The position numbers were made by a program, and so were the translations under genes. Below, piece after piece: positions 11,352 to 23,300 of a stretch of DNA of 64,000 nucleotides (the stretch's first letter is position 1; each line of letters begins with the position of its first letter). The notes beneath the pieces were generated by a model, which was given only the letters and a program-made list of their open reading frames with translations, made no database searches and had not been told where the DNA came from. The DNA is from Narcine bancroftii (Eukaryota): positions 5,766,001 to 5,830,000 of the forward strand of contig NC_091480.1 in the NCBI RefSeq assembly GCF_036971445.1, written 5' to 3'.

Positions 11352-14300
11352 TCAGGTGCTGTTCAAGCGTAATAAAGTTCCACTGGTGGTTGGGATGCTG
11401 TTAATAAAATTACATGTACAGTTGCTGTGGGCTGCCAGAAGTTACACACGAGAGATAGAAATTCAATATTTCATCTTTCACCAAATGAACATTTAGAAAA
11501 AGGTAAGAGTTCTTTAAGAGTCCTGAGAAAAGGGTAGCAGAACAAAAAGACCCTTGAATTACAAACAGGAGTAGGCCATGTACTTCTCAAGCCTGCTCCA
11601 CTGATCTAACTTGGCCTCAGCTCCACTTTCCATTCCCCATAATCCTGGCCCACTGGAAAAAGAATCTCAGGATTGCATGTGATGTTATACATGTTCTCTG
11701 ACAATAAATCTGATCTTTGAACCAGAGTTCCCTGGTATGAGTATATTTATAGAAGCTGCAGGTTGGCTCATGGGAACCAGGTATTGGAGCTGGGATTCGA
11801 GAGGTCGCTGAAGGCAAGAAGGCTTCCTCATCGTGTCAGAGGTTTGGATCTGGAGCTCATGTTGCTGATGAACCAGGGAGTGCTGGAGGAGAAATGCACA
11901 CACTCAGCTTCTCTGAAGGGACTCTCTTATTCTCCTCTTTCTCCTATTGGGGTGCCGGGCAATGCTCAGGGTTACTCATTATTTGCCTTATGTAGACAGA
12001 AGTACATCATGCATGTTACATTTTAAGGTATTATTACATGACAATAAAAGGAACCTTGGACCAAGATTCTAAACATTTCCCCATCTTAATCACATTCCAT
12101 CTCTCCATTTTCACAACTCTCAGGGATGGAGAATTTCAAACAACTACAACCCCAAGAAATTTCACCTCGTCTATTTAATTGGATGACTGTCAGTTCTGAA
12201 ACGAAACCCCAAAGGGGAAACGACACCTCACCAACTTGTATTGCAACAAGACCTTGACTCCAATCTGCTCAACCTTTCCTCAAATGAAACCTCCTCAATC
12301 CCCAGAGTTCACCCATCTCCCTCCTTAATTACAGAAACCAAACTCTGCACAATTACTCAAATATGGTCTAATAACTGCCTGTCCTCCCTGTGGGAGGACT
12401 TCTCTGCAATGCGCTCACTGCTAAACGGATAACTCAAATAGTCAGTGCTGTCGTGATGGACCAAATGGCCTCATCTGTGCTGTGCAGGGTCCAAATTTTT
12501 GAGTCTTCTCAGATCTCGGGCTCCCGATTGGCCTTGGCACTGAAGGGTTCCTGATCGTGTCGGAGGTTTGGATCTGGAGCTCGGGTTGCCAATGCGTCGA
12601 ATAGGAGTCTGTGCGGCTGCAGAGGCTGTAGGAGCACTGGAGACGAATCCACGATACTCAGTGACGCTGAAGGGACTCTCTTTTGTTTCTCTCTCTTACT
12701 GTAAGGGGTGCTGGGCAACACGAATGGCAACTTTTAGTCTGCCTTACGACAGGCAGAAGGCAATTTTGTGTAACGTCTTATGTTCTGTATTATTACATGA
12801 CAATAAAAAGATTTTGAATCTATTAATATACTTTTATATTAAGAGTAAAAGAATAGTAAGGGACAAAATTGGTCCCCTAAATCAGAGTGGTTGTCTACGT
12901 CTGGGACCTCAAGAGATGGGGAGTCCGTTTTTTTTTTGTATCAGTATTTACTCAAGAAACTGGCAGTGTTTAAGGAAGGAACAGAAACAAACACCAGTGG
13001 CATGGAACATAGAGATCATCATAGAGGTTAGGTGCTGTCTTGGCCCAGTATCCAAGCACAGAAAGCAACCAGGAGCAGATACCTTGGCAGCCCAGCCTGC
13101 GATGCTTAGCTACGTACAGTCGGATAATTGAGTGCAGATCAAGAAACAACCCCTGGTCTGTGTTCAAACACCAATCATCAATAACATTTAAGATCATCGC
13201 ACAGAATTTTTCTATATTTGAAAAAGTCTTTTTAAAAAAATGACTAATTTTACTCAAACTTCCTCAAGCTAACCCCACTCAGCACACAAGCATTTTCAAA
13301 TGAAGCAATGCTCCTGATGGGAGTGTGATCAAGACAAAGGACATCACCTGCATCCCTCAGCAACTTCTACGGGTGCACCACTGACAGCATCCTGTCAGGG
13401 CACATCACTGCTCGGGACGGAAACTGCTACGCCCAAGACTGCGGCTCAGGCCATCGCACCCCTCCCTTCCATCTACGGATTCTGTCTCCTACCTTGGAAA
13501 AGCAGCCCACATATTAAAAGATTCTACCCACCCCAGCCACACACTCTTCACCCCCTCGTCAAAAAGATTCACAAGGGTGAGACATGCACAACCAGATCCA
13601 AAGACACTGTCTTTCCTACCACTATCAGACTCGTGAATGAACCCCACAATAATAAAATTATATGCTATGCCTTTGCTCTGTACTATCTGATCTCTCTGTA
13701 ACTCTGCATTTCTGATCCATGTTTTACTTTCTGTACAATATATGAGATGTCCAGCTGGACTGCACGCAAAACATCACATCACTGAATCTTGATAAGTTAG
13801 AATAAATTTGAACTTTGGAAATCAGAAAATGTAAAAACACAATGCTGGAGAAACTCAGCAGGTCAAACAATATATTGCAAAGATAAAGATACGTAACCAA
13901 TATTTTGGGCTTAAGCCCTTCATCAAGGTATGAACAAAATGTAGGCAGGCTCCTGGTTTGGCTGCTTGTCTACATTTTGCTTGTACCTTGATGAAGGGCT
14001 CAAGCCTGAAACGTTGGGTTATTTATCTTTATCTCTGCTATATAAAGGACACTATTTGACCTGTTGAGTTTCTCCAGCGTTGCATTTTTAATTCAACCAC
14101 GGTGTCTGCACACTTTCATGTTTTAAATCAGAAAATGTGCTCATTCAAAAATCAAATTCATGTCTGCAATGCAACACTATTCTTTAATGAGTCCTCATGA
14201 ATGAAGTAACTTAGCAGTGATTCTCAGTATATATTGGCCATATTTTTAAGCTCTTCATGTTAACTGCAGAGAAACAATTCTATATTGTACATTATTTGGA

Positions 14301-17300
14301 TATTTCCTCTGAATAATGCTGCATTGGAAAAATAATTAATGATATTAAAAACTCAGATATTCTGCTTAAATGCATGACCTCACTGAACTTCCCATAAAGA
14401 GTGGTGCACGGACTTGAGCAATGAGGGGTGTTGTTAAGACTTTACCATTTCACCATCTCTGCTCCAATAATATCATGGACATGATACTGGATCCCCATCT
14501 TCACTGCAGAGGTTACTTTCCGACTTTCTAGCTCAGACTGCAAGACCTCATTGTACTTTGTTTTCCGGATCATTCCAAGGAGAGTTTTACGACCTGCAGT
14601 ATGCAAACAGAGGGGGCTAGTCATAAGCAATAAGTTTGTGACAACCAGTGGCCAAGAGCCTCTCAAATCAAATCAGCCCCCACACTCATGCAGTGTGCTT
14701 GGGGGCAGGCATGGGCATGTAATACACCACGTCAGGATACTGTGCTAAAACACTGAAGGGTAGAAGTGAGAGGGAACAGTGGCTTGGTGCCGAGACAACA
14801 ACCTCTCCCTCAATTTCAGCAAGTCCGGAGAGATGCTCATAGACTTCTGGAAGAGGAGCAGTGGGGATTCAAGATAGCTTTGTTCCGAGGGACAAAAACC
14901 TCCAGTGATCTGTCCTGTCCACCCACATTGATGAAATGGTCAAGAAACATCACCATCATCCCTCTACAGGTGTATCACTGAAGGCATCCTGTCATGGTCC
15001 ATTATCCCTCTACAGGTGTATCACTGAAGGCATCCTGTCATGGTCCATCATCCCTCTACAGGTGTATCACTGAAGGCATCCTGTCATGGTGCATCACTGC
15101 ATGCAATAGGAACTGCAAGATACTGCAGAGAACGTGGCTCAGACCATCGCACACCACGCGCCCCCCTCCCCATCCATCCATCTACTCCATCAATAACTCC
15201 AGCTGCCTTGGTAAAACAGCCAATAATTTACCCCACCCTGGCAATCTCTTCACCATCCTCCCGTAAGGAAAATGATTCACCAGATTCAGACACTTTCCTG
15301 CTGTTATCAGTCTTCTGAATGAGCCTCTCTAGTACAACCATGTTGCCTGTGGTCTGTACCATCAGATATCTAACTTGTGTACTGCACCTTACTTACTGTA
15401 TTATGTAAAGATGACCAGCTGGACTACTCGTAAACCCAACTGACAATAAACTTGAACTTGATGCGGTGCATAGATATAATAAAGTAGTAACTTTGGAATT
15501 ATTTATCAATTTGTGAATGTGTTAAAATTTACTCATGATCCAATCTGGATTCATTCAGAATTCTTCATAGCATCAGGATGTATAAGGTGCTTCACAACCA
15601 ATGAGGTAGATTGAAGGGTATCAAGCACATCCCCATAACAGTAATGCAACAGTTTTAATGAAGGTGCTCGAAAGATTAAACAAAAAGGGACCTGGACTGT
15701 GGGGGAGCTCTCCACCTCATAGAGCCACTCTGCATCTTTTCTGAGATCTCTTGCACACAACCAAGGCAACTGTTTAACCTCTGATTCCTCTGTCCTGCAC
15801 TGGAAGTCTACGTTAACTGGAACTCTGTACAAAAGAGCTGGAGGAACTCAGCAGCTCACGCAGAACCCATGGAAAGCAATAGCAGTCATTGTTTCAGGCC
15901 TGAGCCCTTCATCTGGCCGGAACATCGACTGACTATTAGTTTCCATGTATGCTGCGTGCCCTGTCGAGTTCCTCCAGCTTTTTTATGCAGTGTTCCAGTT
16001 CTATAGCACTTGGGGAATTCTTGTGTGACCTACAGTAACTGGTCAGGTTTCTGGAAAGAGTCTTGAATTCACAAAAGTGAGAACACTGGTCACAGCTACA
16101 TCATACTTCCATACACTGAAACATTATACAACCACAAAGTTGCCTGCAGCCTTCCAATTGTCTTCAACGTCATGCCTGTTGGATAATCCAACATAGTAGG
16201 TTGTGCCAGGGAGTACCTTTCACAAAATACTTCACAAATCGGCCAGCGCCTGGAATTGCAAGCCACCAGCTTCCAATGTCGCGTACTGTCAGGACTCCGG
16301 CATTGACCAGTTGCCTGTGCGGAAGAATCAGAATAGTTACAAAATGGAAGCAACCAAGTGTTTTAGTTGACAGAGCACCAAAGCAAAGAAAGAGTAACAA
16401 AGAAAGATGAGGTAAAGATAGGTGGAGGGGCAGTTAGTGTGAAAAAAATGGAGAGGCTGCAAAGAGATTTAGATTAGGAGATATGGGTAAAAAAAAGTGG
16501 CAAATGAAATACAATATTGGAAAGTGTATGGTCATGCACTTTGGTAGAAGGAATAAAATACCAAACTATTTGAATGGTGAGAAAATAAAAAAATCTAAGG
16601 TACGAAATGACTTGGGGGTTCTTCTGCAGGACACCCTAAAGCAGGGGTGGCCAATTTTTAAATTGTGACATACAGCACAATAACAGGCCATTTCCGCCCA
16701 CGAGTCTATGCCACCCAATTAACCTACACCCCCTGGTATGTACTTGTGGGCCAAAATGGCCTGTTACCGTATTCTATGCCTAAATTAAAAATTAAAAGGT
16801 TGGCCACCCCTGCCCTAAAGGTAAACCTCCAGGAGGAATTAATGGTGAAGAAGGAGAATACAATGTTGGCATTCATTTCTTGAAGAATAGGATACAAGAG
16901 CGGGGATGTGATGTTGAGCTTATACTCACTTTGGGGTACAGTTTTGGGCCCATTCTTTAAGAAGGGATGTACTGGCATTGGCGAGGGTTCAGAGAAGATT
17001 CACAAGAAAGATTCCTTGGAGTTTAGAAGAATGAAGGGGATTGTCATAGAAGCATTTCAAATGTAGAAAGGCCTGGTCAGAATAGATGTGGCAAAGATGT
17101 TTCCCATTGGTAGGGGAGTTGAGAAGAGGGCACAAATTCAGGACTGAAGGGTGCCCATTTAAAACAGAGATGCAAAGAGTGGTGAGCCTCCAGAATATGC
17201 AACCACGAGTGGCTGTGGAAGCCATGTTGTTGGGTGTATTTAAGGCAGAGATTGAGAAAACATGAAGGCGGCAGGGAAGTGGGGCTGAGTGAAAGAATGG

Positions 17301-20300
17301 ACTAGCTCATGATGGAATGGTGATGCTGACATGATGGGTCCAATGGCCTACTTCTCTTATATCTTATGAAACCGTCAACCAGTTAGACTAACATCATTCA
17401 ATCCGATGATTCAGGCACCTGGAGAATCGCTCGATGGGACTGACTCAACAAGGATACATCATAGGAATCTGGGAGTATATGGTTATATAAAGGAGACCGG
17501 TAGACAGATACAGCAGTGGAAATCACAGAACAGAAAGCACCATTGAAAGTAACCAATGTTGTCCCAAGAGCTCTGGAAAAACGCTGCCACCTCCCAACTC
17601 ACTCACTCAGTAAAAGTTGCTGTATCTCTAACAACCAAACATTCTCTTGTACATAACACATTAGTACAGGAATAACTGAAAAGATGCACATTGACAATGC
17701 AATTTCCTGTTGAAAATCTGGCAATGTTTAACAACCCATTTCACTTCGAAGGAAAAAGAGAACAGATTATCAAGATTAAACAATATTTGGAGCTGTGGCC
17801 TGCAAGTGACAAATCTGGTGTGGGAAGGTCCATGGAGGCTGGACTTTCTCTATTGGTGTAAACACTATTGGTCAAATTGACTCTTACACAAGACAGAACA
17901 TCCACGATCCAAAAGGACCAGGCTTCCAGAGCACATGTGAAGGAAAAAGCAAGAGCTGGACCCACTTTGTCCTCTGCACTTGGGCATTTCTGGAGAGGTT
18001 GCACATCCCAAAGCACCTCATAGATAAGGGCTAGGAAAATAAAAATTGATGGACTTTTGAAAATTGAATCAAACCCAAAAGTTTGTTTTCCTTCCACCAC
18101 TTAAGGTGCCAGTCACATTGAAAATGCACAACCTGGATGGTGGGAGAGGTTTGAATGGTTCTGCCCGACTCCTGTGGCCAGGAATCAAACTAGTTTAGCA
18201 CTGTTAGCCAATGTTTTCCGGGGCACTCACGTTATTTCTTGGTCCCGAAATGAAAACTGCTTGAGCATTTGATCCTCAGTGAAGCCCACGTCCGTGCAGG
18301 AGTTCAGCACAGTCTCCAGAAACCTCTGCACTGTGGCCGCACTCTCCCTCATCGCTGTAGCAGCCAGAACTTTACTTCTGTAATCCTCACTAAACACAAC
18401 TCCAAACACATCCATGTCAAATCCAAACTGGAAGATTCGAACAGCTCCCAGATCCTTCATCTCATTCTGACCAGGAGTGAAGACAAAGATTTTTCATTCT
18501 TTCTATTTTTCAGTCAAACTCCAAATTAGGTGGCAGATACCTTCTCAAAAAACAAACACCACGCAACCAAGGACATCTGTCTATGGAAATCCATGGGGTG
18601 GGGGGGCTTGGTAACAAGATTCATTAACCTTATTTCATAGTTGGAGTACAGAAGGATGAAAGGGACCTGATAGGAATACTTCAAATGCTGAAAGACCTGG
18701 ACAGAGTAGGTGTGGCAAGGACATTACCCATGGTCAGGGAGTCAATGACAAGAGGGCACAACTTCAGGATAAAAGATGTCTATTTAAAACAGATGCAAAA
18801 TCATTTCTTTGTCAGGGGGTCGTGAGTCTGTGGAACGTTGCCACAGGCAGCTGTGGAAGCAAGGTCATTGGGTGTATTTAAGACAGATATTTGATTAGTC
18901 AGGGTATAAAGGGTTATATGGAGAAAGCTGGGGAGTGGGGTTGAGTGGGAGGATGAATGAGCTCATGATTAGAGTGGCAGAGCAGACTTGATGGGTCTAC
19001 TTCTGCTCTCATATCTTGTGATCTCATTAAAGAGAGTTATACACAATATAATGGAATTAACAGTGTTGGTCATACCTTTATTCATGACCGTGGTTAATGC
19101 AGAGAAATCACTGGCTGGGGAGAGTGGTGCAGACAAATGGAGAGGGGAAGAGAGAAGCCTCCATCAAAGCCAACAGGAGGTCAAGAGGTAGACTGGGAGA
19201 TCTTGTCAAAGTCTGTCGACACACAGGGTGAATACTGCCGGTGCTCAGCAGTGACCCACTACTCAACACTGAGTAGATGCACCTCTTGCCCCGTAGCAGT
19301 CTTACAGGCAGCCTCTCCACAATGGACCTGGGCAATTTATTACTGAGAATTAAGCCAAGAGATCTGGAGCTCGGGTTGCTGACTATCTGAACAGGAGTCT
19401 TTGTGGCTGCAGAAGCGCTAGAGGCAAATCCACGGACACTCAGCGACTCTGAAGGGACTCTCTTTTGCATCTCTTTCTCTCTTACTATAAAAGTGCCAGG
19501 CAACACCACCATTGGTAACTCTTTGGCTGCTGCAAGGCAGGCAAAAGTTAAAGTATGTCATGTATGGCACATTTTTAATAGTATTATATGAACCTTGAAC
19601 CAGAGAGTAAAAATTCACACCAGCAGATGTAAAGGCAGAGCTTGCACAAGGCTGCCAGCTTAGCAATAATCAGAACTAAAGCACGAAAGTCTGCAGATGC
19701 CATGAATGAGGTGAAAACGCTGGAGAAACTCAGCAGGTCAACAGTGTCCTTGATGTAGCAAAGATACATAACCAAGGTATGAGCAAAATGTAGGCAGGCG
19801 CCTGAAGAAAATGGTGGGAGGGAAGGAGCACAGACCCACAGGCAGGTGGATTATGGAGGGAGGGCATAGCAGCAAGCAGGGGAAGGAGGGATGAAGGGCT
19901 TAAACCCAAAATATTCATTATGTTATATAAAGTATGCTGCCGAGTTTCTCCAGCATTGGGTTTTTACAGGTTAGCAGTAAGGTCAGTAAAGCATCACTGT
20001 GCAACTATGTTTAATGCCACAGTGACCCACTATGACCAGTGTTCCTGCAAACACACTTGAGCACGAAGCAAAGCATCAGTGTAACCAGGTAAAAGTTGAA
20101 ACATTGGTCACATTAAATAGTGTGGATACACAAATGTGAGAAATTCAAAACTATTTAACTGAGAGACTACCATTTTTCTACCCCTTCCTTTCTACCATTG
20201 CAGTTCTCCATATTTATTTACTGAGTACAAGCAGAAAGTCACAATTCTATAAAGACCATAAGATTGCATGAGGTCACCATGGGCAGCACGGGGGAGGCGT

Positions 20301-23300
20301 AGCAGTTAGTACAGCAATTGGGATTAGGGTTCGAATCCCTCACTGTCTGTAAAGAGCTTGTACATTCTCCCCATGTCTGCGTGAGTTTTCCTTGGGGGCT
20401 CTGGTTTCCTCCCATCCTCCAAAAAAAAATGTACCAGGGGTGTAGGTAGGTTAATTAGGCGGCATGGGCTCAGGGGCTGAAAGGGGCTGTTACTGTGCTT
20501 TATGTCCAAATATAAATTTTAAATTTAATTCCACACACATTTCACAGGCAGTGCTTGAATTTTATGTTCCATAAATAGGGGACTTTAACTGGTTGCCATG
20601 ACAGCCCTATCCCCAAGGTTAAGTTTATGAGATATGTCAGAGGTAAAAAATTTTTTGAGGTTAGTGGGTGCCTGGAATACATTACCAGGGGTGGTGGTGG
20701 CTGGTACAATAGGGATTTTTAAAAGACAGGCACATGGATGCAAGTAAAATGGAGAGTTATGTTATGGGTGTGAGGGAAGGAGGGGTTAGATTGCCTTGAA
20801 GTAGGCTTACATAGGTCAGCACAACATGACAGGCCAAAGGGCCTGCAGTGCTGTATTATTCCATATTTTATATATGTTCTATACTAGACACTCTCAACAG
20901 GGGCCATTCAGCACCCCCCTGGGGGCCACAACATTTTTAAGGGAGGGGGGCAGGGACTAAAATCATATTTTAAACATAGTCAGAAGGAGCCAGAACTTCC
21001 CTGCTTCACAGGGAAGGGGCTCCATAAATTATGAGTAAAGTCCTAAGGTGGCCATTGCCAAAACAAAGTTAAGAATGGCTGTTCTAGACCATCTGATCTT
21101 CAGAGTAAATACAGAATTCAAATGGATGCAAATTGAATTAATTGAGCAACATACATGGTGATCAACATGTATACTCACACACACTTCAGTGACGACTTAC
21201 AAGCTGACGATCAACCATGGTCTTGTCTTTAACAATGCTGTAGAGTTGATGCTTCAGGACAATAGGCGGAAGCGAATCGTCAAACAACTTGCGAGGAAAC
21301 AAGGATGCCAGAAAAATCAGCGCAGATTTGGTGTCATTTGGCACACCTATGAAATTGCAAAGACAAAAAAATGACATTGTTGAGAGTTTACATACACAAT
21401 TATGAAAGGCATGGACAAGATAGAGGTAGGCAGGTGGCTTCCATTGGTGGGGGAGGCCAGAACTAGGGGACATAGCCTCAAGATCCAGGGGAGTAGATTT
21501 AAGATGGAGATGAGGAGGAACTGCTTTTCCCAGAGGGCAGTGAATCTGTGGAATTCACTGCCTGTTGAAGTTGTGGAGGTGACCTCAGTAAATATATTTA
21601 AGTCAAGCTTGGATAGATTTTTTACATAATAGGAAAATTAAGGAATATGGGGAAAAGGCAGGTAGGTGGAGATGAGTCCATCATCAGATCAGCCATGATC
21701 ATATTGAATGGTGGGGTAGGCTCGATGGGCCGGATGGCCTATTCCTGCTCTTATTTCTTATGTTCTCATGTTTTGCAAAAAAATATAATAATATGACTGA
21801 ATCGATCTAATAGAAAGCAACATGCTTCACTCAGAATGCTGACCACCAAGAAAGGTTGTTTCCCCATGGTGAGAGTCCAGGAAAAGATTTCAGGATTGAA
21901 GGATGTCCACTTAGAACAGGGCATTTCTTCAGCCAGAGGGTGGAGAATCTGTTGCCACAGGCAGTTGTGGAGGCCAGGTCATAATACAGAGATTGATAGG
22001 TTCTTGATTAGACAGGGTATCAAAGGCTATGGGGAGAAAGCTGGGCAGTGGGGCTGAGTGGGGAAATGGATCAGCTCATCGGGGTGGAATCGATGGAACA
22101 AAAATAGGTTATTCAACCCATGTCTCTTATGAACTTCACGATTCAAGAAATTCAATTACTTTTCATGATTTTAATGTACAGGGGCATAACCAAATTATCT
22201 GGATATCAAGCTCAAGTCCACGTGGATTTGTGTAATTTAAAGTTTACTTGTCACATTATACCTGGTACAACCAGATGGGTTCTTCTGGGAGCAGTTTCAC
22301 ATTTTACAGTCAGATAAAATAGGACAAGATCACAATTAGAGCACAGATTTACTTCAAAAAAGGTCAATTAGCACCAAGCAAGGGCAGCATGAGCACTCCT
22401 GTGGGGTTCATTCAGGAGCCTGATGGCTGCAGGGGGAAAATCTGTCTTTATGTCTGTCACCCATTAGTGTTGGATCCAAGTTGTTTGCAATGTGGTAGGG
22501 CCTTTAGTATAGGTCTTTAACTGGATTTTCAGAACAATCAAAACCATTTCTGGTGCCAACATTCACATCACTCGAGTGGCTGCTCAGTTTATAATTTGCC
22601 TTGTGGGGTTTGATCTCCAAAGATTAAATCTAGCCACTGCCTGTACAAGTGACTAATGCAAGTTCACAAAAAGGAATTACTTTTCTACACATTTATCTAG
22701 CCCAGGGTGGCCAACCTTTTAATTTAGACATACAGCACGGTAAGAGGCCACAAATCCTTCCCACCCTAGTAACCAACAACCCCAGTAGTTGTCGTGGGCC
22801 GAAATGGCCTGTTACTGTGCTGTATGTCTAAATTAAAAATTAAGATGTTGGCCATCCCGAATTCAAGCCCCTTCAATGCAAAGGAGAGTTCTCAAACAAA
22901 AACATTTATTAAGGCTTGGAGAGGGTAAAGAAGGTGGGGGGTGGATTTAAACAATGGAATTCCAGCTGAAAATAGAGCCTTTTCTAAGACATTTTTGGAA
23001 CAAGGACATAGCTGGGAATTCCAATTTTAAATGTCCATCCTGAACTGAGGTGTAGACCCTAAGACATGGAGCAGAAATAGGCTATCCAGCTCATTGAGGT
23101 ATTACATGAATGGGGTTAAAATCGAGGAGTCACATGATGGAGTAGTGGCCGGACGGTGAACTCCAGCCCTCTCCAGAAAAGTCGGGAAAAACAAGAGAAA
23201 ACACAAAGGCACAGAAATAAAAGTTACAGAAAAGTGAGTATAAAGGTGGAAAGAAGATGGCGACAAAAAAAGAAAAGTCGAAAGCAACGGTAAGAAGAGA

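Noticed and set aside
20280-20345. tRNA-like A/B boxes
   Set aside because: SINE heads with no complete cloverleaf, so no tRNA gene is called.
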